This document shows, piece after piece, positions 1-14,300 of a stretch of 64,000 nt of DNA; position 1 is the first letter of the stretch, and the number at the start of each line of letters is the position of its first letter. Source of the DNA: Chrysomallon squamiferum (taxonomy: Eukaryota > Animalia > Mollusca). The DNA lies in assembly GCA_012295275.1 (NCBI GenBank), contig CM022670.1, positions 17,546,001 to 17,610,000 on the forward strand. Direction: 5' to 3'. Made by a program: the position numbers and the translations under genes. The notes beneath the pieces were generated by a model. That model saw nothing but the letters and a program-made list of their open reading frames with translations, ran no database searches and was not told the DNA's origin.

Positions 1-450
1 ATTAAATAATTTGACAAAATAAAAAGCTATGATTAGATGATAAAATTATTATTAAAAAAAAATTTTTTTTTACTTTTCAATAATCTGTTTATATACCCCA
101 AATAATGTTCAAACTGCAAAACCTGTCACATTTTGATTGTTTATTTATTGTTTTACAATGAACACTTTAAATACTATAGATAATCTCTTAAGGAATGCAA
201 CAAGAAAAAAGCAAACACTTAAGTTGAGCATGGGAAAAAATAAAACAGTTTTTAACAAATAAAACTGACAGTGTTGAGAATGACTGTAACCCAAATGCTG
301 AAAAACAAAAATAAATGTCACCACAAATTACTGGACAATTTGTTTGAAAATTAAATAAAAACAAAATTAAAAATAGTCATAATGATGAAAAATTCTCAAA
401 TATGACGTTTCTGTATGTAACTAGTATTTGTGATATTTTCAAATACTTAC

Positions 451-3400
451 GGTTCCTCATTGTCTGTCAAAGAACAAGGGCGGATAATTCTTTCCTGGAG
501 AACACTAGCCTCAAAATAGCCTTGTGGAATCAGAACAAAATAGTCCTAAAACAAAACACACACATTTTAAGATAAATACTTTCTTTTTAACTCCAAGATA
601 CATTAAATTAAAACAAAATCTACTGAAGAAATTTTAAATGGTGTGTGTCTATGTGAGTGTAAAATGTTTTGAATAAACTTTATAATTATTAAATTAAAAT
701 TTTTAAAAAGAAATGTGATACAATGAAAGAATCTCAAAATTTTTAAAAATAATTTTATAAATAATAGTTAAAAAGACACCAAAAATTTAACTTTAAAAAA
801 ATATATCAACACATCCATACAAAATTAAGTTTACCAAAAACACAGTCTCTGGAACTTTGGTGGACACTGTCCATCTTCCAGGATTCAACACAAAAGAAGT
901 CCTCACTCCACCCTGTCCAACATTTGAGAAGGCGGGATCTTTTGATGGTGCAAACAGTACAGTACTCTTCTGTTCTATATCCCCTGATATTGTTGGTGTT
1001 AAAATCACTTCCCCTGTGACAGCGTTGTCGTTGTGGTTGATGTAATGATATATGACATAGTAAAGACTTGGCTTGGAGATGTCAATCTCAAGATGAACTT
1101 CAGGCTGTGAGAGAAAAAAAAAAATTCTTTAACAGAGTCAAAACATTTCTTTTCATTTTTTCATATTACTTTTTTTTCTTTTTTCATTTTATTTATTTAT
1201 TAATTTATTAAATTCTTTAGAGTAATTGATTCCTTCGTGTTTGGGAATGTAATTGATATTTCATCAAGAATCAGATTACATCGTATCAAATTTAAAAAAT
1301 TTCGAATCCTAATCATTGTTGAAAAACAATTCCAATACCACGTAAGCTGTTCTTTTCAGTTACAGAATACCTGAAAACCAGTAAGTATGGCATATCCTCT
1401 CCATGAATATCCTGGAAATTTTCTCTCATCATAACCGTATCGGACTCTGGCACCCTCTGGTGTTAAACCATCTTCAATTTCATACTTGTACTGATGAAGG
1501 GTTGGGAAGTAGTGTGCGTCAATTGGCCTTAAATAAATTAAATAAATCATCAGGTACCTAATAACACTTCACTCATTTTACTGTTAATAGTTGTTGGGTT
1601 TTTTTTTGGGGGGGGGGGAAAGATCAGTTTCTGATCTGTTACTACAACAATGTTGATACATTGTTTTGAATGATACTTTTTTTTAACAATACAGCTTTAT
1701 TATATCTATGAAGTACTTTACCAAGAAAACTCATTTACATGAATTCAAGTGTTTTTGAGAAGTAGAGCAATTTATATTTCTTAATAACAGTAATATGAAT
1801 ATGTAAGACTTAAACCTTGAAAAAAGTGTGTATTTCAATAAAAAAAAAAAAATTATTTATCACATAACTTCATTATTTTACTATTATATTTGTGTAAATT
1901 ATCTATTACACTTACATTTTGTATTCTATTTTCAATGAAGAATTTCACTTTATTTTGATATATACGTTTACCTCTTTCTGATTACTGTATTTATGTTTTT
2001 ACACCTATGATTATTGAAATATTTTACACACCTGTCACATTTTGGACCAGTTACTCTAGGTTTACATATACACTGTCCTGTTAGCTTGTCACATGTCAAT
2101 GTCACTGACCCTCCAGTATCACAGTGGCAGTCTAAACAACAACAACAAGATCATCATTATCTTACAAATACAGTAAATAATAATACAATTTAAAATAGAG
2201 TACAAGATTTTTCATAGTTATAGGAAAAGAATGTATCATATAAGGTGACAACACCAACAACAACAAAAAAAATTAAATAAATAAATAAAAATATTAATAC
2301 AAAAAATAATAATAAAATAATTAAAAATACTGACCTTCACAGCCAAATGGATTTCCTTCCTGCAGGTTGAAGAAGCCATCTAAACACTGGTCACAGTCTT
2401 GTCCACCAACATCCGGTTTACAGGCACACTGACCAGTCTTGGCATCACACACATTGATTCCAGCCAGAGTACCAGGTTTAAAACACATACACTCTACAAG
2501 ACAAACACAGTGACATACAACATTTATATCACAATAGAGAATGTCATACATGTACATTTATTAGGTTGGAACAAGTTCATAGTGGGTTTTTTTATGTGAA
2601 TTTCAAAGATAAAATTTAAATATCTCTACACAGATTTATTAAACCTTTTATGTGCTATTTTTTTCACCTTTCTGAATACGTGTTATATATTTCAGTCATA
2701 TGTGAAACAAAAACACACACTCAAATATATATATATATATATAGCCGTGGCAACATACACATTACGTATACGAGCGGCATCTGAGAAAAATTCCTAAATG
2801 CTTTTTGTGTCATATACTTTATATAATTATTTTACTTTTTTTAACAGAATGTAATCTGTCATGCACACACATACAAAGACTTATTACTGAAGATTATAAA
2901 TGTAATATATGTTTAAAAATAACTTTCTCTACCTTCACATCCCTGTGGGTTGTTACGATTGAGATTCCAGTAACCAGGGATACACATCTCACAGAATCGT
3001 CCTTGTACCTTGTCCTTGCACTCACATAGGTGTCCCTGCCTCACAGTGCCACACCCACCCAGTGGGTAGCCAGGTACTTCTTTAGCACCATTAGGATTGC
3101 AATTGCAAGCTGTTGAAAAATATATATACATTTAACACTAAATATCTACAAGAGCACAATGATACTCCATAACAGAATAATAAAAAAAATAAACACAGTT
3201 TTGTTCTAGCTTCAATAATCAAGAATATATATCTCACAAAATTAATGAATGTTTAATATTTCTTCAACATATATTAATTACTAAATATATAACAGTGTAA
3301 TGGTAAAAATCCAGCTGCCACCACAGTATACACAGACTGATAATTAGCAAAGATATTTTATGCATGAACATAAACAAAATCTATTCAGACTTTAAAAAAA

Positions 3401-6400
3401 AAATAATACTAATAATTATATTGAAGAATTATTTACAAAATGTTATTATGCTGGATTTAGAATTTTCCTCCACTTCATTTTATTGTCATATTTTAAGGAT
3501 GTATAAAAATGTACCTTCACAGATTGGGTAGTTGTAGAGACCCTCAAGACACTTCTCACACTGAATACCTTCGAAGTTTCTCCGACAATTACACTGTCCT
3601 GATGTCTCATTACATGTCACACCCAGAGACCCATACAGATCACAGTTACACGCTGAAAATTAAACTTTATTTTTATTACTTTATAAACATAAAACAGTTA
3701 TAATGATATTATTATTATTATTTTATGAACTGAAGACAGCATCAAGTTCTTTTCTACATGAAATATAACCTTTTATCTATCAATCATGCAGCAATAGTTG
3801 AAACAAAAAATTTAATGGGTTCAGTTAAGAAGATTTGTTTATACAATCCAACACATCTCTGGCAAGTGATCTTACAACAAAGCTATCCTAGCTAGTCTTA
3901 AAATTAAATTAACAATGCAGTAAAATAATGTGCAAAAAGAAGCGACATTAATCAGACCTTTTCAAACAGTCAATAATTAGTGTGTAGTCTAATTCAATGA
4001 ATGTAGATGGGAAAATGTGCAGTTATAATTAATATTTGTAAAAGAAAATGTAATCAGTAAAACAACAGAAGCTGATGGAGACTTGTGTATATTCTAATAA
4101 TGCCAGATAACAGAAGACTTACGTATACAGTCAGGAAACTTGTAGTAACCAGGTGCACACCGATCACAGTTGTAACCACCATAGTTCTGTTTACATCTAC
4201 ACTGTCCAGTCTCTCCACAGATTGGGGTCAGAGAACCAATGTCCGAACACTGACATTCTAGAAGTAAACAGAGATAAACAACATACTGATTAAACAGTCA
4301 CTCAGCCTGAATGGTAACATTTTTACATGTAAATGAAGTAAATTATTTAAACAGTGGGAGATTAACTTATATAATCCTTTTATTATATTTTTTATTTTAA
4401 CTGCCTAAATTTACAAATGCTGAGTTAGAAAACATCTTTAAATTATTTTTTACTTCCCTTTTTCAAAATCATTTTCAAAGATAAAATAAATGTCTCTAAA
4501 AATAAGAAATAAAAATGGACAAATTAATCACCTTGATATACTGAGTTATTAAATATCTTTAAATTACTTCTTATTTTCCTTTTTAAAATTCTATTTTAAA
4601 TATAAAATAAATGTTTCTAAATATGAGAAACAAGAGATGGCAAATTAATATATCATTAAATCATTAAATTATTTTCTTAAATTTCCTTTTTTAAATTCTA
4701 AATATGAGAATTAAAAAAAAAATATGGACATGTTAATAAAATCTCACCTCGACATCGTGGGAAACCAAAAAAGCCAGGTGTACATCTGTCACATCTTTCA
4801 CCGGTGTAGTTGGGCATGCACACACACATTCCTGTGTCCTTGTCACAGATCTCAGTCTGTGTGCCAGATGCGTCACAGTCACAGCCTGAAATTTAACATT
4901 CAGTCACTAAACTAATCACACTTTACAAATTTAAAGATTCTAAAAAATTTACAAAGTTAAAGATTCCATTATTAAAAAAAAAAATCAGTGATTCTATAAT
5001 AAATAAATAACAAAATATTTTTTAAAGATTATGTTTAGGCGTAAAAGCATAGGGTGACAGTTAAATTTTAGAGTTTTAAAAAAAAATACACCTGGATTTA
5101 ATGAAATAACTAGATGAAATTTCACATTGGAAACATAAATATTTTTTAAAGTAACTTACGTCCACAGTGGGGAAAGCTGTAAAAACCATCAGCACACTGA
5201 CTGCAATTATGTCCACCATAATTGGTCAAACACTGGCAGTGACCATCGTCCACATTGCATGTATTACTGGATGAACCCACATTGTTACAGTGACATGCTG
5301 GAAGTTAGTAATATATATACATAAATATATTTTTTTATTATATCTAGATATGTAAAAAACCATTATTAATTCAATCTTGTTAAAATAAACAACATTTCAG
5401 TACATTTATTTATTGTCAAGTATGTAAGAAAATCATATGTTATTTAATCTTGTTAAAATAAACATCTGAGTAGGTTTGTTTACTGTAGTAAAATATGGAA
5501 CAAAATGATAATTAATTTAATCTTATTGCAATAAACAACATTTGAGTAGATTTGTTTTTGTATCTTTTCTTTTGTAGATGTGCTAGGATAATCAAGCTCT
5601 TGCTTTACTGACACAATCCAAGGTACCAGGATGAGGTATCATGATCTATGCACACAGTAATTTATGCATCTCACTGTTGTATAAAATTTCAAATCGCCAA
5701 CTTACGTATACACTCAGGGAAGTTGTAGTAGCCGAACGCACACATATCACACTTGCGGCCGACATAGTTGTGTTTGCAAGGACAGACACCAGACTGGACA
5801 GTGCAGATGGCATTTTCAGTGCCGTTGACATCGCAGTCACATGGAATACATGTAGGATAACCATAGTAACCTGCACTGCACCTGTGAGCAGATTGAGATA
5901 CAGTATTAATTTAATTAGTATTCACTGTTAGAAAACAGTAATAATGTGAATTATTTGACTGAAATATCTTCAGAAAGCCAGCAATCAATATAGTAACTAA
6001 TATACAAAACATCATTTAAAAAGAACTGATTGTAATAACAGTAGTGTTAGTATAGTGTAAGTGCAAGATAAGTATTAGCATTAGTAGTAGCTATATTATT
6101 AGTAATAGAAGAGTGATAATTTTAATAGCAACAGTAGAATGGTAATCTTAGTGGAAGTGGTAGTGGTGATAGTAATAGTAGTAGTAGTGGTAGTGGTAGT
6201 AGCAGCAGCAGCACTTCAGGTTGTACCAAAAGTAATAGTAGTGGTTGTAGCAGTAGCAGTTATAATAATGGTAGTAGTAGTAGTAATATTAGTAGTAGCA
6301 ATAGTAATAGAAGTATTAGCATAGCAGCAGCAGTTACAGAGTAGTAATAGTAGTAGTAGTTGTAGTTGGTGTAACAATACAAAAGTACTTTATGCAGTTG

Positions 6401-7344
6401 TAGTAATATTGTTGGTTTTATCAGGAGTAATAACATTAGTGTAGTAGCTACATAATAAAAATCCAGATACAACAGAAGTATTAGAGTCATTATATAATAA
6501 ACAAAGTATATATCATAGTGTTCTTAATAATGCTTTTATCAGAAATAATAACTGCAACAGCAGCAGTGATATAATAAAAACACAGGAAAAACATTATATT
6601 AGTACATATGTTCACTGTATGCTTAAAGGTTATTTTATCACAACTAATAACATTACAGTGGCAGCAATGATATAATGAAACAGATATCTGAGCAGCAGAT
6701 AATAAACTTAAGTACCTGTCACAGTATTCACCAGTATACTCTATGCGACACAGACATCGTCCTGTCTCAGCTTCACACTCGCCAGTAGAAACTCGTAAAT
6801 TGCACTCACACGCTGAAACAAAAACAATCATTGAAAATAACTTTAAATGCTAGTTAACATATATTCACTTTTAAAAAAAATTAATGTTACCATAATCTCT
6901 CTGTATATAGTTTTAAATGTTGTGTAACAAATTCACTACATACTTTTAAATTCTAGTCAACAATAACACTATGAATACTTGATGTAATCTAACTGCATTG
7001 TTTCAAAGTCACCATAAATGCTCTGTATATAGTTTAAAATATTTCTTAACAAAACACTACAGTTTTAAATGTCAGTCACCATAAACTCCCAGTATACAGT
7101 TTTAAATGTTACTTAACATAAACTCACTACATTGTTTTAATAATAGTCAACATAAATTCTCTGTAAATCGTTTTAAATATTACAATCAATATCTCACTTA
7201 ATAATTTTGAATTTAAGTACTAGTTTCTGACTGTAAGTGTTACTTACGTCGGCAGGCATCAGTTTGATTGAGAGGTACTCCATATGGTCTATAGTATCCA
7301 GCTACACACTTTTCACAGTTTATACCCATAGTATGATGCTGTCA

Positions 7345-7392
<48 letters not shown>

Positions 7393-10300
7393 TATAAATA
7401 ATAACAAAAAATGAATAGTAAATAATAAATAAATATATAAATAATAATAATAATGATAATGATAACTGTAATAATGATAATAGTAACAATAACAACAAAA
7501 CAAAAAAATCTAATTATAATAGTAGCAGTGATAACAGCAATAACAATAACAACAACAACAACAACAACAATAATAACAATAACAAGAAGATGAAGAAGAA
7601 AATGATGATGATGAATAAAAGGTTATCAATTATGGTCTGATATGTTATTACTAAATCCCTAGGGTAAGAAATAAACTACAGAAGGTAATTTAACATTTAC
7701 AAAGACACTTACCTGACAGTTCTGACACACCCCTCCGCCCTCGTACTTGCCGTAGATGTCAATACTCAGATGTTTCTCTGCAATTTCTTCTTCATATATA
7801 CACTCGCTGCTGTGACCATAACATTGACAAGCTGAAAACATAAGTACATGAATAAACTTTTCTAAAAAGAACAGTCAGTATATGAAATATAAAGGTGAAG
7901 TATGAAACATACATTCTAAAAGAAAAATGTCTTAAAGTGTATACTTATGTGATAAATAATAAAAATGTATGCTCACAGTACAAAACAATATCAAATGAAC
8001 TTTTAAATTCAGGTTTATGACATCTGTTAGGTTCAGTTATATATAACAGACAGAATGATCTTAATTTAAGCAATTTTAAGAACTTTTCTCCTTTGTTTCA
8101 AGAATGTTGTAAATCTGAAAAGCTAAAATAAATATATTAACCCCTTCCTTGCAATATTTTATTAGCGTTAACTGTGGAAAATGGATTTACAATACAGCCT
8201 TAAATTTTTTTTTTTTTTTAAGCTGCGAGAAGTGGAATCCCAATAAAATACTTCCCAACACTGTACCATTTGCAAGGCAGCAGTGCAACTACTTGTGTTG
8301 TTGATTTTGCCAGGAACTGTTTTTAAATGCCCAGTGAAAGTATAAATCACTCCTTATTATCTTTCTACTTACGTTCACATTGAAATGGCCGATCAATCAA
8401 AGCTCTTCTCCACTTCTTCTGTACAAAACCTGGACAGCAGTATTCACACTGGTCTCCACATGTGTTGTGCTGACAGGTACACAGAAGTTTGTTTTTAATC
8501 TCCAGGTCGGGTCGGTCACAGGTCTCAGCATGACCGTTACATACACACCGACCTCCGATAGAAATATCCTTAATACTGTAGTAGTACTAGAAACAAAATA
8601 TTATTTACAGTCATATTGTTAATACAGAAACTTTTTTTTAGATATATCCTTAATACTATAGTAAAAGAAATACAATATTTACAATTATATCCTTAAAACA
8701 GAAACGTTTTAGTTATATTTTTTAGTTACATTTTTAATCCTGTAGAACTATCTGAAACAGAAACCTTATTTACAGTTATATCCTTAATACTGTCATAGTA
8801 GCAAAAATAGTCTAAAGTTATACAGTTCAAATTATCAGAATTTTTTTTTTTAACAGTTGTATCCTAAATGTTTTATTAATAATAGAAACAGTTTTTACAG
8901 ATTCATCATTTTATATGCTTAATACTGCAGTAATATTACAAGAAATATATACATGGAGTTAAGCTGTACCGTTAGAAATAATTTAAACATTGCAAGTTAT
9001 GTTTTAGATTAATAAAACAACCTGAATAAATTTTGTATCCTTCCAAATATTAACAATAAAGTATAAGACTATGATAACATGTAAAAAATATACACATAAC
9101 AAAGTCAGAAATAAGTTTTGGAAACAACTAAATTCCTTTCTTTTGTGTACACCTATGACATGATATTAATGGAGAGACTGCAGGATAGTCATTTTCATTT
9201 CTTAATACAATATTGGTAAAGTCAGTTATTTACAAGTGAACCACACTAATACAGTAAGATAAAAATTGTTCTCACTCGTCTGGTGACAGTTGGATCCTGC
9301 CTGGCAATGGCCATCAGATGTCCAAGCAGATTCTTTGTACGAATCAGTCTTAGTCGAATGTCTGTCGCTTTTGTCCAGTTCTGAAGTGTGTAGGCATAGG
9401 AGAAGTTCTGTGCATTTGGTCGACCATTCACTAGTGACACAACAATCTGAAATAACAAGATAATTAATTTTAAACAATATCAATAACAATAGCAAAAATG
9501 TAAAAGAAAAAGAAAATAAACATAAATATTAAAATCAGACAAATATATAAAAAGTACAAATATACAAAAAAACATAATATATATAAAATAAAAAAAAATA
9601 AACATATAAAAATAATCAAAAAACAATGTATAAAAATAACAAAAACAAAAATACAGATAAATAATAATCAAAAAAAAAATATATATATATACAAAAGAAA
9701 ATAAGAAAAATATTCATAATAAATATGACATATAGACAAAAGAAACAAGTAAACATCTTACCTCTCCATTCTGCAGTGGTACGACTTTGGAGAACTGTGT
9801 TGTACAAATCACTTGATCATCTTTCTCAATTGTTGTGTTTGCTGGCATCTTGAAAAACTTATAACAGTCGCTAGGTGTGTCAGCAAAATACTGCCATGGC
9901 AACCATGTTTTACCAAAGTCGGTGGATCTTTCCAGTGCCCATACTCCAGGTCGTGGAGAGTTGGCCATTTTGATGAAAACATAGGCAACATGGAATTCCT
10001 AGAAAAAATTGAAAAATCCCTATTAATAATAATAATAATAATAATAAAATTAATATTAATCTTTTGATGCAATTCTTATGATTCATCATTGTCAGTTGCT
10101 GCAGGAATACAAATATACCAAGTCAAACTCAGTATATTTGTAATTATGTAAAAACTGTCGGTAACAGATCAACCATTTTTAATGTTCTATATTTTTTAAC
10201 ATTATTAATATTTATTTTGCTCTGATACAAACTCTACTTCATCAAAAACACAACATAAGAATATATATCTTGATTAATTAATATTAAACAAAAACAAGAA

Positions 10301-11314
10301 AAAAACAAAGACATTTTGAAAAATAATTTTTTATTTACATCCGAATATATTTTATTAATTTATATATACAAGATGTTGATACTGTGGTCTTTATATATGA
10401 TATGAAAGAAACCAATATCACAACTATGAACTTGGTGGCATCAAGAGATGGGCAGCTTTAATTTGTTTTCTAATATACCTGTCAGAAAGAACTTTTTGAA
10501 CTGGGAAACAGTGAAAAAATTACACTAAACCAACATGCTTCAGGCTGAATGATAGGGTATACTGAATAAAAATATAACTAAAACATGTTGTTGCTATAAT
10601 TAATGCTAACCAAAGTAAACACTTTTTACTGGCATCAAGGAATTTTTGTATGGACCTTTCCACTGTGAATGACATACTGTTTTTATAAATAATGCCAACC
10701 AGTCTAGTCTTATCAGTCAGCAACAAGAATTATTTATGTATGCCTTCCCACAGCTGGAAACGAGCATGTCATGATCTGATAAAATCAGCTACGTTGACAT
10801 TTTTAATCTGAAGAACAACTAAATTGCTTTGCTGTAAGTAACAAAAACTGTATTGTTAATTGTGCAAGTTGATGTAAAATTTTGTAACTGGATTTTCCAC
10901 TTGATTTAAATTAAATACTCTTCTTTTTTATTTTTGCAAACATCACCATAAATAATACAACACTGTGTATAGACTTTAACATTTGTTTGCCTTTTTCATT
11001 ATTATTATTATTATTTTGTTGTTGTTATAGTTTTAAAAATTTATGTCTGTAACTGTCTGTGAAGTAATTCAATATGTAAAGAGTTTCAAATGAGTATATG
11101 ATAGTTTGGTACTTGGTTCCACAAACAGAAATATTTATCTGTTATTAGATTTTCAGTTATTAATAAATTACTCTCAGCTCCTGTAAGGTTGTTTTCCCAG
11201 TTCCAGACTGTGCCTTTAAAAACTGCTCTCCTGTCTTTGGTAAAGTGCATATAAAAGATCTCTTCCTCCTATTTAATACTGGTTTCCTCTTATCATTATA
11301 CACAATTAAAAAAT

Positions 11315-11373
<59 letters not shown>

Positions 11374-14300
11374 CATAATAATAATAAAATAATAATAATA
11401 AAAAGAAGAAAAATATATAAATAAATAAATAAATAAAAACATTAATTTATTTATTACTTTATTTTCTTCTTTTCACAAATGGCAACTGAAGTGTAATCTG
11501 GAATTTGAGACAACTGATGTTTTTATGTAGAGTTTATTATGTGCGATTCACACATGGCTGATTAATAAGTTTCAAATATGCTTTGTTTCTGAATATTCTT
11601 TAAAATGATGTTATTATCTTATTTTAATAAATGTATATAACTTAGATTCTTTGACATCCTATTACAGTGTTTTTATAATTCTGCTATTTTCAAGGGAATA
11701 CTGAATGTATTTATTTTATATTTTATCTTCTTCTTTTGTTATTTATTATTTTTATTTATTGCTGTTGTTATTTAATTAATTTTTTTAATATTTTACTTTT
11801 TCTTTAATTAATTGCTGGATCAATACTGTAAATTGTCATGTTAATGTTCAATTTCTCAGCTTTAAGATGTCTAAATAACTTTCCAATAAATCAAAGATAT
11901 GGCATAAATCATGATAAATGGACCATCTATTTAGAACAAACCAATCTAGATTAATGCTCAATGTTGCATAACACATCCATGGTGATGATTTATGCAATGT
12001 AACCCTATGATGGTTTTATCTTTAAACAATGCTGAAAATAACTCCAGTAAGAAATAAGGGAAGAGGTTTAAGATTTCAAGAATTTTTGGATTCCATAGAG
12101 TTCAGAAATTAACAGAAAAAAACTATATTGTAACTTGACTAAAATTATAAACATGAGTAATGGAAATGGTGAACAACAAGAAAATATGAGAAACATTCAT
12201 ATTAATTTTGAAGAAAAAAAAAAAAAATGTGGCAGTAATCTAAATACATAAACAAAAGTAGTCAAATCTACGAGTTATTAATGCATGATGTACATATTGA
12301 TCTTGGATAGTTTTTTTCAGGTTTTTTTTTTTCAATTTGTTTAAAGTGAAGAAAAGTAAAGTAATAATAAAAATAAAATAAAATAAAATAAAGTAAAATA
12401 AAGTAAAATAATAATAAAAATAAAATGATGATCTAAGACAAAAAAAAAACCTGTTGCTATCATTTATTCCATTCAACCCTTGAGATCTCAGAACAATATT
12501 CAGGGTAAAGTAACAATGTACAGGACATGCTTGCTAGAACATCATGCTGTCTGCACTCAGAGTCAAGTATACAGTAATCTAAGCAGACTTTGAAAGATAT
12601 GATCACTATGGCAAGTAATCCAGTACCACTCAACTACTGAAACTGGCAAAGTTTATATTGCAAAACTGATAACAGATCCAAAACTAAAACAAGCATAACC
12701 AAACATTTAGCAGTAAGGCAAGTGTGCTCTGTAAATGTTTGTATCATGAAGATCAGGGTCAGGGTGAGTTAATCACTGACAAAGGTTGCACAGTAATCAG
12801 TAACATTAAACTGTTATACCTTTGTTGTTGATGTCTATTTTATGTTACAGAATACAAATAACAAAGAAAAGAATGCTGAGTTTATTGTCTAATGCATAAT
12901 TGTTATGTAAAACACGCTCTTAGGAGATCTGTATCTTCTAATATGTAATACCAGGCTATTACATAAAACACACACTGTTATGAAATCTCTGTCTTTTGAT
13001 GAATAAAACCTAACTATTATATACAATATACATTGTTATGAAATTTATATCTTCTATTATGTAATGTCATGGTTTGAAATTAGTAGTACCAAGAAAAAAT
13101 GTTACAAGGCCAGTGCCTGGAACACAAAGATAACCTGCAGTATCACATTGCTATTAATCTTGCTGGGCTCAGATTCCAAGTAAAAACTGTCAGAAACAGA
13201 ATGTACTTCATGAATGATATGATATGGAACTAATTAACTATGAGACTCTTAAACAGAAAGAAAGGATACAGTTTGATGTAAATTTCAAATTCATAAAATA
13301 CTTAATAAATAAATAAATAAATAAAATATTTTATCATAAATTAATATATATTACATTAAAACAATTAAAGACAATTCAGCTGGGATAAACATTTATCATT
13401 TCCTACTAAAAAAAATAAATGAATAAAATGTGCTAAAAAACCACAACAAATTACAACATTATTCTCAAACCAAAAGCAAAATTTTACTTAAGAAGTCAGT
13501 CACTCAGTGTCTCTTTTTTCCAAGTAACACACACATGATCTCTCTAAAATATTTTTCATCTTAACTCATCATTTTTATTATTTATGTAACACATTCATCT
13601 GGAAGAACCATATATATATTTTGAAATATTAATGCCTTATAATTATTTGGTAATTTAAATTTTTCAAAACAAACATAACTGAATATATCAGTACATTACA
13701 CTGGATAATTAAAACTATGCAATATAGGAAATTTAAACAATAAATGCATTTTAACAATAAATAATAAAATTTTTACACAGCATAAATAGTTCAAATGTAC
13801 CTTATAACAGTTTAAAAGTTATGTTAAAAGGAAATACATTATACAAATACAAATATGCTCTTATATGCTAAATACTACATTAACAATGAAGATTTAATAC
13901 AAGTATATATGCTATACAGAGATTTTTACTGTTCATTTAAACTGCAAGTGAACCCATAAGCGTGCCTTTGTATGTAACTTATCATGCTGCTGAGTATTTC
14001 CTCCCCCAGCATGGAAACACCCAAATGTCCTTTGTGTGTTAATAAGTGGAAAATGTGTGTGTCAGTGGTGTGGAATCAGCCAAGCAGATAATACCTCAGA
14101 TGGGGTAACATCAGGCATTGAAATGAAAAAAGACTGTTGGTGAAGGCAAGTTATCAAGATCTCTTGTGATAATAGAGATGTACCTGCCAGTGACAGTCAT
14201 AACAAATAATATAGATGTTTAATCACTGGTGTAATGTTAAGAGAAAGGCTGTAGGAGGGAGAAAGATCATAGGAGGAACTGAGGCAAGAAAAGAAAGGAT

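Noticed and set aside
121-134. ACCTGTCACATTTT identical to the laminin exon 15 donor region (2030-2043), a possible extra exon
   Set aside because: No upstream acceptor or Cys-patterned reading frame; a short match in AT-rich DNA.
6139-6490. Poly-Val and poly-Leu ORFs that look like membrane peptides
   Set aside because: They are translations of the intronic (GTA)n microsatellite. The same applies to 7313-7498, 9480-9807, 12240-12476, 17213-17395 and 28660-28890, which come from AT-rich or simple repeats.
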